A DNA stretch of 64,000 nt from Octopus vulgaris (taxonomy: Eukaryota). Made by a program: the position numbers and the translations under genes. How positions within the stretch are numbered: the first letter of the stretch is position 1; each line of letters starts with the position of its first letter. The notes beneath the pieces were generated by a model. It saw nothing but the letters and a program-made list of their open reading frames with translations, made no database searches and was not told the origin of the DNA. Positions 1-12,165 of the stretch are shown piece after piece. The DNA is taken from contig OX597822.1 of assembly GCA_951406725.2 (NCBI GenBank), positions 42,470,001 through 42,534,000 on the forward strand. The letters run 5' to 3'.

Positions 1-84
1 ATGAGTCATGACCAAAATCTTGCAATTGTGAGTACAATAGCCTAACCATTAACCCATGTGTATGTGTGTGTGTGTATGTAATAA

Positions 85-400
85 GAGTGCATGGCCTAGT
101 GGTTAGGATGTTAGACTCATGTCTGCAAGATTGTGGTTTCAATTCCTTAACTGGGTGGTGCGTTGTGTTCTTGAGCAAAACACTTCATCTCATGTTACTC
201 TGCAATCAGTTCGACACCTGATGCAAAGTACACAATGCACCTGTCCAGATAATGTCGATTTGATGGAGAGAGCGAGTTAATGTGTGGTATGAACATTTGA
301 TCACTACAAATAATTTATTTGTGCTGGTTGCTTGGCAAAAAACAAAAGCAAAAACAACGTTCATTGGTGTCTTCGATGGGAGAGTCTACCATATATGTAT
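85..400 (+). mobile_element. Degenerate tRNA-derived SINE
   Basis: GCATGGCCTAGTGGTTAGG A-box and GGTTTCAATTCC B-box, then TTGAGCAAAACACTTCAT shared with the copies at 4.5k, 47.5k and 56.6k. Confidence 0.65.
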
Positions 401-1394
401 GTACCCCATTCTTAGCCAAAAGTTGTTTTTGGAGCAAACCAATGCCTTGTGAGAAAATAAAAACATATAGAAGCACTTCATGCATGTGTATGTGTGTGTG
501 TGCATGTGTGTTCGTGCATGCATGTATGAAGTAAAAATCTGGTTTCATTATAGTGTATATATTTTTCACAAACTCTCTTTCTCTCTCTTCCCTCACTCTC
601 TCTCTTTATTTTATTTCTTCTTCCAATTAAAATTGATTGATTTTAATTAATAATAATTCTGTATATTCAATAAGATATGATTGATAAAGTATCAAACTGA
701 AATATGTACTGGAGTTGATGTGATTGACTTACAGCCTTTGAATGCAGTGCTCCAGCATGGTTGTAGTTCAAAGACAGAAATTAGTATTATCTTTGGTATC
801 AAGGTTTTTCATACTTTCATATAAGTTTGTTTAGAATGGTAAATTCGTCATCATGCCGTTGATGTTTTTATACCTTCACATTTTCGTTTTCAACATGAGG
901 TAACGTTGGTATGTGTTGCAATCTGTAGTAGTAGGGTTTATGTGATTAGTGTAGATGTTACCACCAAAATTTGAATTTTGATTGATTTACCTCATCTACC
1001 CAGTGTCATTATCGTCATCATCCTCATCCTCATCATTTACCATCTGCTTCTGATGCTGGAATGGTTTAGACAGTTTGACAGGAGCTGGTGAGCCAGAAGA
1101 CTGCTCCCAGCTCTACTGTCTGTTTTGGCAGGGATTCCACAACTGCATGCCATTACAGGGTACACTGGTTGTTTTTATGTGTCATCAGTAGGGTCACCAA
1201 GTAACTTGTCAGACAAGACTCCTTGACAAAGTGGAGGTGCAGTATTAAAGCAGGCAGCTTTGTGGATCATTTTAGTTTCCTCCCTTCCTCAACAGTGACC
1301 ATTTTAACAGCCTACCCTCTGGTTTGGAAATTAAACATTGCTCCCTCAAAAAAATTTTTTTAAATAATTCAAATTTGGCTCAAAGTTAAGTTTT

Positions 1395-1560
1395 TGATTA
1401 GGATTGGGGTTGGAGTTAAAGAAAAGGTTAAGGTCAGGGTTACTGTTAGAAATAGGGTTGGAATAAGGATAATAGTTAGAATTCAAGTTAGGGTCACTGT
1501 TAGCACCGAGGTTAGAGTTAGGATTGTGTCTAGGGCTAGGGTTAGAGTTGAGGGTTATGG
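1395..1560 (+). repeat. Degenerate telomere-like (GGGTTA-type) hexamer repeat
   Basis: Imperfect GGTTAG/GGGTTA/GTTAGA units with 6-bp periodicity. Confidence 0.6.
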
Positions 1561-1619
1561 GCTCAGTAACTTCTAATCAGATTGCAGCATCACTGACAGG
1601 GCTCTTTCTGTCACCCACT

Positions 1620-2200
1620 CTCTCAGCTCTGGTGTTTGGCTTCTTTTCCGCCAGTCTCTCCCTTCTATACATCAATGACTTATCTCTACATCCAACAATG
1701 TCCACTCTTACTAAAGTGACACAGCTTAACTTTCCTCGACCATGCATCATTCACATGAATAATAGGCACCATATTCTAAACCTGTATTGCAGTGGATCCA
1801 AACCAATTTTGTCTTTTACTGCACCCACCCAAATAAAAACAAAAAGAAAACTCAAGTAGCACTCAGGACCCCAACAGATACTTCAAATACTGAGCTGCAC
1901 AATCACAAAGGATCCCTCTTTGTAAAAAAATATATCCTTAACATAACTAGGACTGCATCCCAAAGAGAAGCCCTTCCTCTTTAAGGTCAGAAAATATTTC
2001 GGCTCCCAACAGTTGCTGACACTTTACAAAGCCCAAGTGAAGCCCACAATCAGTGGCACCTTAAGGCATAGTCATGTAAGACAGTTGCCTGGCCAGTCCC
2101 ATGAGTCTAGGGGTCCAAGCCTGATCCATGTATGCTGTGGCTTGCTGTCAATACATAAATACTACAGAGTCCAGTGCATTGATTTACTTAGAGGCCTTTA
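1620..2200 (+). mobile_element. Degenerate CR1/Jockey-like LINE RT fragment
   Basis: Remnant peptides LLYINDL and LTLYKAQVKPT typical of the LINE RT C-terminal region; frameshifted. Confidence 0.5.
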
Positions 2201-3335
2201 ATGCTGCTAAAATGGCCTTGTTCACAATGGAGTACTGCTGTTATACACACAGATATCCTGGACCTCTTGACTGATTGGCATTCAATCTCTAATGGACTTG
2301 TTCTGGCCTCATGCTCACAGATATACTATCTCCTCTCTGTCTTTTCTATTGCCGCTTTAATGGCCAATGCTCCTCAGAACTGGCTGGTCTCATACTTCCA
2401 CTTCTTTGACATCTAAGATCCATTTGCCTCTCCATCTCTTATCACTCTTGTTGCATCCAGTTCCTCTTAACTCTGCACTAGTCTTTATGTCTAGTCCCTT
2501 AAAATATTGTCCTTTTGGAATCCTCTCCCAGATCATGTCTTTCTTGTAACAATTAAAATGGATCACTTTTGGCATTCTTTTATTCTTTTATATGTTACAG
2601 TCCAATGACTGTGACCATGATGCTAAGTGTTTTTGAGGACAGGCATAAGTCTCTTCCTCCAGAGACTCAATAAGTAAAATATAAAGAAATATTAAAAAAT
2701 TAGATTTAATGCATCTAAATTTTTATACAGATAAAAATCTCGTTCTTTACTTCGCACTTCATCCAAATGTCGCCATTTTAACATTAGCTCCACCAAGTCT
2801 TGATGATTTGACTGTATTCTCAGGTTCTCTATGGAGTTGACGGATAAAGTGATTCTGTATTAAAAATACATTTATGTGTATGTGTGTGTGTACATATATG
2901 TAAAAAAACGTGTATGCGTACGGGTCACTGTGTGTGCGCGTATCGTTTGCACACCATCACATAGAGAGACGGAAGGAAATTAAAAGAAAGATTTAAATTC
3001 TTTAGAATTGATATAAATAAATATGAGAGTATGTGAATGAGATGAACATGTAATAAAAATAGGAGATAAAGATACAAAGAGAAAGAGGTAAGTGGTACTC
3101 AATGAAATGTGAGGCTAGAAAGGGAGTGGGAAATTAGTAGAGAGAGATAGAAGTGCTTTGTGAGAAGTAAAGAAAGAACTGTCATCGTAGTAGTAAAGAG
3201 GGAGTGAGTGAATGAGATAGAGAGAAAGAAGAATTTAGTGTGAGAATCATGTAGTCGCCGGTGAGTACTAGGAAGAGTATAAAACAGATAGAAAGAGAAA
3301 GGCGCAAAAGAGAGGCTTAGAGTACATGTGCTATG

Positions 3336-3343
3336 TGACGTCA
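3336..3343. promoter_or_regulatory. Palindromic CRE (TGACGTCA) in the putative proximal promoter
   Basis: Full CRE about 530 bp upstream of the ATG, inside near-palindrome GCTATG-TGACGTCA-TAGC, in unique sequence. Confidence 0.35.
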
Positions 3344-3870
3344 TAGCGAGTCCTGTAGATGTTGTTGATATGTCTCTCGAAATGTATTGATGTTAAAGCA
3401 TTGTGATCTGGTGGACGACTGTTCCCTCATAGTATACCTCTCTGGATTCCACATTAAACTCTTAGCAGACTATGGAATGTTTCATTTGCTATTGCCAACA
3501 AGAAACGTGACTTCTTTACCCAGAAAACCAGCTGAAGTTTGTTGACGGTGCGTGTCGCTTACTTCACACACAACCATATCCATTGATTGTACAGCTGTTT
3601 GAATTACTGTTTTATATTTTACAATCGAATACACACTGAGTTTTTCATTACATATGTGCTAAGGAAGCACTGAACCAGAATGTGAAACGTTTTACAATGA
3701 ACGTAGTTGACAGTGAATTGTCAGTAATTCGTGCACATAACCTCTACAGAACGGGGATTCTATCCAGAAAGCTGCTTGGATAAATTCTTTTGCTATTCTA
3801 TTATTCTGCCTAAAACCCAGTAATTTCTGGTCGAAGTGGAACAACTTACTTGACTTACTGAACAGCCACC

Positions 3871-4090
3871 ATGACTTCTGCTTCAAATAGTACCCGAGGA
3901 ATGAGTAATAACGGGTACAAAACATTTGTTAATGAACCGTATGCATCAGATGATGCTTCAAAGGAATTAGATAACATTCAAACTACTTCCAGCAGCCCTG
4001 ACCCGTCCAACTTTAATACTGGGTATGAGGAATTAATGAAAGGCAGTAAACAGTGCCCCACATGTCGAGGGCTTGGACGAATACCCCAAC
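3871..4090 (+). CDS. TMEM106B: TMEM106B-family lysosomal type II membrane protein, coding exon 1 (220 nt)
   Basis: ATG 3871; encodes ...GYEELMKGSKQCPTCRGLGRIPQ, the CPTCxGxGRIP motif of TMEM106; donor GTAAGT at 4091, phase 1. Confidence 0.92.
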
Positions 4091-4530
4091 GTAAGTCTTT
4101 ATTCTTAATTTCATAACTCTACATGACTAGTTACTATCTTTCTAGTCAGATATCTTCCATTTACAACAGCTCTTTCTTATTCTAATAATAAATGATATAG
4201 ATGAGCTTTTTTTTTATTATATTACCCAATGTCGTAATTAACATGTCTGGTATTATTGAATGAGCTCGCTTGGTACGCTAATGTGATATTTATCAATAGT
4301 TTTCCTTACGCTAGTATATCTTTTACATGTACTGGTTGTTTTTGTATATAAATATATAGTATCTCAACACGTCCTGGCTAGTACTGTAACACTATATATA
4401 GAAATGCATTAGGTCGAGATTCCATATATTAACTGCTCTACTTCTTAAAGTGTTCTTCTGCGGATTTATGTATTTCTACAAACGATCCACACACACACAC
4501 ACACACACATATATAAATAAAATTAAATAA

Positions 4531-4845
4531 AGACCCCCACCTCCTTCGGTCATAAATGACAGGTCCCCTGTGAGGCACAAGTCCGAGCAAGGTCGTCTAT
4601 GGAAGACCAGGAGTCGCCCATACATACCAGCTTCCCATCTCCATGCCACCGATGTTATCCAAGGGCAAGGCCGATACAGCTTGGCACCAGTGACGTCGCA
4701 ACTTATTTCTACAGCTGAGTGAACTGGAGCCAGGCGAAATACAGTGTCTCCCTCAAGAACACAACATAACACACAGTCCGGCCCAGAAATCGAACTCACT
4801 ATCTCATGATTGTGAGCTAGACGCTCTAACAACTGAGGCATGCGC
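4531..4845 (-). mobile_element. tRNA-derived SINE
   Basis: Minus strand GCATGCCTCAGTTGTTAGAGCG...GAGTTCGATTTC A/B boxes; homologous to 56551-56886. Confidence 0.75.
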
Positions 4846-6004
4846 GTTTCACACACACAAACGAAAGATGGGCACTCAAACATATTTATTGGGAGTTACT
4901 TGTATACATCAAAACAGTTTGAGTCACACTCGGAGTACCGAGGAGTCTGAATCAAGCTGTTTTGATTATATATGTATGTTACATGTACCGACTGGCTCTG
5001 TGCACTGATATAATATCATTATATGTTCTGGCTGTCTTTGTATAACTGGTATATCTCACCAGATGTACCAGCTAGCTTACTACTTTCATATATTCGCTAC
5101 ATATACCAAGTAGATGACTTTAAACACAAGTGTAATCATTGAAAATATATATACTGACATAATTTAGTTTTGCACTTATACATGTTCTGACTGACCTTAA
5201 AAACTTTTAATGCTTTTTTTAGGGTTATTCTCACTGCGTAGCTTCGACAAGTTAATATTTACTAACTTTAATACTTTTAATTCTTATAAAATATCATGTA
5301 CTTTTCACACTAGTTACATCTGACAGTTGCTAAATTACTTCGTTTTCGTTCCATGTCTGTAATTAAAGCCTTACATATACTTTTTTGACTTTTTTCTAAT
5401 TGTTTTTGTCCGTAAATTGACAAAAAGTATAAATTGTATTAAGATTTGCGTATTACAGGCACTTGGTTTCCGCTGTCCACTTCTGTTATCTAATAATTAT
5501 AATATTGTATATTAAACTTTGTCTTCTGCCCTCGTCCTGTTGGTGGTGAAGGATGAAAGATTTTATTTGTGAATACATTCTGAATGACTTGAATTCTAGA
5601 CAGTTATGTGTCACATATACTGCGAGTAGAGTGTGAGACAACTAGTTCTACGCACTATAGTGACTTTTCACATCGTACTCGGTGAATAATATAAATCTTG
5701 AAGCTATGTAAATAGATATTCTGTTTATGTAAACCTAAGTTCAAAGTTCTAGAAATGAATGGGTTTGGTTTTGCCGACAGCGTCGGACAAAATACTTGTG
5801 TTTAGCTACGGTACTTTTCGTTCTGGTTTTTAAGGGCAGCTTTGTCTTTCGCTTTTCCGAGGTCGATAAAAAACTATCAGTCAAGTACTGGTGGCAAATG
5901 TAGTAATTATATATCTGAATGGAATTATGACAGATGTGTATTTGTGTGTGTGTTAATCTGTTTACTTCCACCGCGTACATCAAGAAAATGATTATTGACA
6001 ATTA

Positions 6005-7220
6005 TTGGGGTGGCAAAAAAAGTAATTTCGTTTTTCGCAAATGGAATTAAGACTTTTTTAATGACTTATTGTTACGACGTTTTCCTTTTGACATTTGGTG
6101 CGCAATTTTGTATACAGTTGTTAGTTCAGTGTCAATTTTAACATGGAGTGCAAAAATGAACATTTTCGCCGTATTTTGCTTTTTTATTCCCGTAAAGGCA
6201 AGAAAGCTGCTGAGGCTCACAAAGAGATATGTGAAGTTTATGGTGTTCATTGTTTAACAGAACGCACATGTCAGAAATGGCTTTAAAATTCCGTTCTGGA
6301 GATTTTTCACTCAAAAATGACCAACATTCTGGTCAACCTACTGAATTTGATGATGACCGAATCAAAGCCATAATTAAATCTGATTAAACTGTGCGAGAGA
6401 TTGCAGAGAGGTTAAATGTATCACACACACACGAATAGAAAATCACTTAAAATGTCTCGACTCGTTAAGAAGCTCGATATTTGGGTTCCACATAAGTTGA
6501 AAGAGATGAATTTAACATAACGAATCAATATTTGCCATATACATCTCGCTCGCAATGGAATCGACCTTTTTTGAAACGAATCATCACTGATGATGAAACA
6601 CGGATTGTCCACAATAACATCATTCGAAAACGATCGTAGTTCAAGCGTAATGAGCCAGTACAAACCAGATTAAAAGCTGAATTGCATTAAAAAAAAAGGT
6701 CTTGCTGTCAATTTGTTGTTTATTTTGAGCTGCTTCCAAGGAACCAAACGATCAATTCACATGTTTATTGTCAACAACTAATGAAACTGGAGGAAGCAAT
6801 CAAAGAAAAACGGCCAGAATTGGTAAATCATAAAGGAATCGTGTTCCACCATGACAACGCTAGACTATACACATCTTTGCGAACTTGTGAAAAATTATTG
6901 GAGCTTGTTTGGGAAGTGATGTCACATCCACCATATATCCCTGACCTTGCACCATCAGATTGCCATTTATTTTGAAGTTTGCAAAATTCTTTGAATGGTA
7001 AAACTTTCAATAATGATGATAACCTGAAATCACATTTACTTAAGTTTTTGGCTGATATGGACCAGAAGTTCTATGAGCACAGAATCATGAAGTTGCCTGA
7101 AAGATGACAAAAGATCATCGAACAAACTGGAAAATATATAATTTATAAAAGTTCATTCTTCGTATGAAAAAAAAAATTATTTCACTCTAAAATACCTAAA
7201 ATACTTTCTTGCCAACCCAA
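6005..7220 (+). mobile_element. Mariner DNA transposon (mellifera-subfamily-like), full length with disrupted transposase
   Basis: TIRs TTGGGGTGGCAAAAAAAGTA / TACTTTCTTGCCAACCCAA flanked by TA; from 6143 MECKNEHFRRILLFY...WVPHKL...VFHHDNAR...HPPYIPDLAPSDCHLF; multiple stops and frameshifts. Confidence 0.93.
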
Positions 7221-8218
7221 TATATACTTAAAAGATATCAGTAACATTCATGCACCAGTGTACATGTGACCACTAAAACCATTGAATTGATGAGAAGGCC
7301 TCTACAAGATCATTCCCACTATCTGAACTTCTTCATACCCAAAACCGTTAGACATTAGATATTGTAATTCAAGGTACATTGTCTGAAGATGGTAGAATGG
7401 TCTAGGATGGAAAGCCTTTGATCATCAGTCCATTGTTTTGTGTCAGGGCTAGGCAAAATAGTGTGGTGACATACTCATAGATAAGAATTTTCACCCCTTT
7501 CTCAAGTAAAAGATAAACTGTTTTTAAAATAGTGATTATTATTCAGTGCTTAATATAAATTGGTATTGTTACTCAGAATGTTGCGACATACAACTACAAA
7601 ACAATGTATGTACCTGATTTTAACTGTCTTTTTTCCGTTTGAAACTCAAAATGCCATAAAGGAACCAAAAATCCTCAGACCTCAAAAGTTCCATGTGCAG
7701 ATATATCCACAAATACACACTTAAAACACCAAGGATCTGAAGGACTTAATGCACACATCAACATCTGTAATTACTCTTACCAGCATTGTCAAATTTCCAA
7801 AATCTTAAAGTGGGACAAAATCATAACCATTCAGTAGAAAGTTTAAAGCTAATTCTTGACACAGTATAAGTAACCCACACAATCTCCTTCAAAATGCAAC
7901 ACTGTTGTAGACCATTGCATTCAACTACCACACTATTCATGGCTCTAACATAAAGGATACACAATTTTAAATGCACTTGACATTGTCAATGCTTTTGACT
8001 CCATTTCCCACTCCACCTTTGAACATTCAGATTACTTTTGAGCATAATGGTTTTTCATTCATATTGTTTTAAATTAATCATGCATTGTCTCAGAGCTTTG
8101 AGATTTCAATGATATGGTTATTTGTTTTTAGAATGATATTGTAGTGTAGATGTGACAAGCCAGATCGGACTGGTTTGAACATAAAACAATATTTGGCTGG
8201 GATATGCCCAGTTTAAAT

Positions 8219-8964
8219 CAGGGCTGTGCAGTTGAAACAAAATTCTTTGACTCCTCTGCTATTGGCACCTCCAACTCCTCTTTATGTAATTAAGTGATTG
8301 TGGTCTACATCATCATCATCATCATCATCGTTTAACATCCGCTTTTCATGCTAGCTTGGGTTGGACGATTTGACTGAGGACTGGCGAACCAGATGGCTGC
8401 ACCAGACTCCAGTCTCGATCTGGCAGAGTTTCTACAGCTGGATGCCCTTCCTAATGCCAACCATTCTGAGAGTGTAGTGGGTGGTTTTACATGTCACCAG
8501 CATGAGGGCCAGTCAAGCAGTACTGGCAATGGCCACGCTCAAATGGTGTTTTTTACATGCCACCTGTACAGGAGCCAGTCCAGCGGCACTGGTAACAACC
8601 TCGCTCAAATGTTTTTTCACATGTCACTGGCACAAGTGCCAGTAAGGTGATGCTGTTAATGATCACGCTCGAATGGCTCTTTTTATGTGCCACCGGCACA
8701 GAAGCCAGTTAACTGCTCTGGCAACAATCACGCTTGGACGGTGCTCTTAGCACTCCACTTGCATGGATGCCAGTCATCGAATTTGATTTCGATTTCACTT
8801 TCCTCAACAGGTATCGCAAGCAGCATATACTTGTACTCTGAGTGGGCCTATATCTTATCACCGGTTTATATTAAAGAATAAAATGTGATTTGGAGTAGGT
8901 GTAGTTTTACCGACTCCAATCCAGCTACCCCTTAATTATTTCCGACTCTGAATCCACAGCCCTG
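8219..8964. mobile_element. Non-autonomous hAT element with 8-bp TSD
   Basis: TIR CAGGGCTGTG...CACAGCCCTG; identical 8-bp flanks GTTTAAAT (8211-8218, 8965-8972); subterminal CCGACTC repeats. Confidence 0.85.
8308..8820 (-). mobile_element. RTE-tail SINE / RTE 3' end
   Basis: Minus strand TTAGGAAGGGCATCCAGCTGTAGAAAC...GTTAAACG(ATG)n tail with internal ~60-bp tandem repeats; homologous to 37225-37745. Confidence 0.8.
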
Positions 8965-9489
8965 GTTTAAATACTAAAGGGTTAAACAACCCGCTGACAA
9001 ACTGCCTGTCAGATTAGTTATTAATGTACAAAATCATTTCCCAAATTTGCTATTTTCTGAATGGATCGCTATGGGGATCCATCCTTTTAACCACGCTTTT
9101 CAATTTATACCTACATGTTATTTTCACCTCTCCCTAGAATATCCACACTGTCACTTATGTAAATATCACCCTCAAACCAGTTTCAAGAGCTGTACTGATG
9201 TTCTTACTTTCACCTAGACACCTGCTCTAAAATAAGTTTACTTGTAACATGTACCAAATCCAGTCTCCCTTCTTACTAGCAATGCCATAAAACATTGAAT
9301 ACAACAGACTTTCAACAACATAAACATACAACACGCACACACACAGAGGCTAGGAGTTACATGCAATACCTCTAGAATATTCACAGCACAAATTGAAGGC
9401 AATTTGGCAAATATAGTAATGGTTATATGTAGCTGGCAGAGTAGAACTAAAACCTGTCCAAAGTTATTTCCTATTTACTGGAAAATAAA

Positions 9490-9755
9490 AATGTCACTGA
9501 ATAATTCTCACTAGATTTACTCTTAGCTTTTAAAGGCTTAATATATTAACAGCACTAAATTTTATTAAGCTCAAAATATTTAATTATTTACTTGCAAACT
9601 AAGGTGGGATTATTTGCTCAGTCTCATCCTTGCTCTATAGCAAATTATGTAATATTGTCTTATAAAATATTTTGAGGTTATCAAATTTACTAGTGTTAAT
9701 ATATTAAGTCTTTAAAAGCTGGGAGTAAATCTGATGAGAATTAGTTAATGACATT
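9490..9755. mobile_element. Foldback MITE-like palindrome
   Basis: Imperfect inverted arms of about 95 bp (AATGTCA...GCTTTTAAAGGCTTAATATATTAAC...CTCAAAATATTT and reverse complement). Confidence 0.7.
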
Positions 9756-10996
9756 AAGTTAGATCACCTTGGTAACAAACTACCAACTACAACTAGGAAA
9801 CTAAAGTCCTTGGACTACATTTCACGAGTGCTCCTGTTAAATATTCATACATTTAACGCATGTGATAACCTGGTTCTGATTTAGTCTGCCATCTCACTAC
9901 ATTATGCGAGTAAGTTATTGCTTACATTGAGTACATATGAAGTACCTTTTACTATGTATTTAACAAAACCACATCCCACATTGATTTGAGAGTTTATGGC
10001 AGGAAAAGTTATTCGACTGTAAAAGCCTTTTGCAACATGTGAATAGCCTAATTTTCAATACTGCTACAGTCATAGTGATATGCGAAAGTGACTCTAAAAC
10101 AGCTAAAGCATTAAGAGTCAGAGGGTTTGATAACTTTGCTGTTCCATTTGTGTTAGCAATTCCACTTAGGGACAGAGTAAACATAGAAAATATTCTGTTG
10201 AACTAAATAGTTTAGCGTTTTCTCTGTCATCAATGGTGACATTTCTAAATAGTTTTGTAAAAGAGAGGTTTGTTCAGCATTCCACTTATATCTTACAACA
10301 AAATATTTTCTTTCATCTAGTCAATTTGTATAACTAAAACGAGTCATTTTAACCACTTGATATTCATCCAAACTGAATTATGTCTGCAATCTAAATCCAT
10401 CAGAATCCTCTTATTTTGAAAAGTGAACAGAATTCTAAAATTTTTACAAAAGTAAGCTTTGTTTTTCATTTTGTCCAAGACGCTCTAATTACATTAGTCT
10501 AGCTTACTGCAAACTAAATGTCACTTCAACTTAATGATTTAGAATTTAATATAGAGACTAGCACTGCTTACGAAAATTCCATGGTTATTTTTTTGTATTT
10601 TGTTTAAGCATTGTTTTTTCATGGAGTAAATGTCCACATAGGTGGTACTGAATGTGCAGCCTTAGAAGGCATCATCTCTGAAAGCTATAGTCCTTTTTAT
10701 ATATACTTGTCACCTCTTCTACATTGAGAGTTATTTTCTATTATTTTTCACTCCACATCAAGAAGTAAACAATCTTAATAATGGAACATAATCAAAAACC
10801 TAATTTATCCATATTATTCTGTTATTGTACAACTACATTGGTGAAGATTTAACAAATCTTACTATGCTGTATTATACTCTTGTATCAGAAAAGTTCATAA
10901 TGGCTAGATTTGAACCCACAGTCTCAGTGGACAAAATAAAGTAGCTACCGTATTGAGTTCTGGATTCTATAAACAAACATAGTAATGACATAAATG

Positions 10997-11610
10997 CAGG
11001 CATGGTTGTATGGTTAAACAGTTTGCTTTGTAACTATGTGGTTTGGGTTCAGTCCCACTGTGTAGAAGGTTGGACCAAAGCTTTTTACAATAATCTCAAT
11101 GCCTTGAGTGAAAGTTTAGTAGATAGAAACAGCATGGAAGCCTAATGTGTGTGTGTAATCTGTGCTTTTCATTTATGTTAGTTAAATTTGGTGATGTTGA
11201 TGTACTGCAACACAGCAGTTTCACAAATACGCATTGATGAAATAAGTACCGTTGTCATTGTCACCATCATTTAATGTCTGTGATCAGTGCTGGCATGGGC
11301 TGGACAGTTTGACATGATGTGACGTGTCCAAGGACTGCATATTGCTCGAACGTCTGTTTTGACATGGTGTCTATGGTTGGATACCTTTCTTAATGCCAAC
11401 CACTTTACAGCAATATTGGGTGCTTTTTTTTCCCTGCCATCTGCACTATTGAGGTTGCCATGTAGTTTGCAGAAATTACTTAGCAGATCAACAAAAAGAG
11501 ACTGATACCAGACTTGAAAATAAGTACTGGGGTCAATTTGAGACTAAATCCTTTGAGATGATGCTCTAGCATGGCCACAGTTGAAAGACTGAAACTAGTA
11601 AAAGGCAAAA
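10997..11610 (+). mobile_element. Old SINE (family A) interrupted by an RTE-tail fragment
   Basis: Degenerate head GCAGGCATGGTTGTATGGTTAA, tail GCATGGCCACAGTTGAAAGACTGAAAC; minus-strand RTE tail at about 11270-11470. Confidence 0.6.
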
Positions 11611-11953
11611 AAAGGTTAAGTTATATTTGGACATATTTAGATACATGCATTTGGTAGAATCATTTAATGGCCTATCCTTTATGAATGTCTGGCTGATAAC
11701 CAGCTAGTAATGAATAATTCTTGAATTTTTTGGATGGCATATCTTATGACCCAGGATAAATGTTAACTGGGTAACAATAGGAGTGGTTTGACACTTAAGA
11801 CATTTGAAATCTTACGTAGGTTGATATAGTTGACATGACTTTTTATCTATCACTAAAAGTTATCAATCAATGGTCTAAATATGAAATAGGCAACTACTAG
11901 TGATTGTAGGTGGGGGTTGAAATGTTGAAATTAAGACATAAGATTAATTTTTT

Positions 11954-12165
11954 ATTTCTACTCTAGGCACAAGGCACAAAATTTTTGGGGAGGGGGCCAG
12001 TCAATTAGATCGATCCCAGTATGCAACTGGTACTTAATTTATCGACCCTGAAAAGATGAAAAGCAAAGTCGACCTTGGTGGGATTTGAACTCAGAACATA
12101 AAGATAGACGAAATGCCGCTAAGCATTTTGCTGGTGTACTAACATTTCTGCCGGCTCACCGCCTT
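11954..12165 (-). mobile_element. SINE family B (Nin-domain-like)
   Basis: Minus strand GTTCTGAGTTCAAAT...GTCGACTTTGCTTTTCATC...GTCGATAAATTAAGTACCAGT. Confidence 0.8.

Larger units (their letters stand above)
8017..8981. mobile_element. piggyBac-type MITE interrupted by a hAT element
   Basis: Right end ATACTAAAGGG-TTAA; internal sequence homologous to the MITEs at 17714-17932 and 20577-21153. Confidence 0.6.

Noticed and set aside
1395-1560. True telomere or interstitial telomeric array
   Set aside because: Too degenerate and short; no run of perfect TTAGGG
2700-2856. YY1-like CGCCATTTT / possible exon of a divergent gene
   Set aside because: The minus-strand peptide (NSIENL...LVELM) looks more like a decayed Tc1 C-terminus; no supporting exons found
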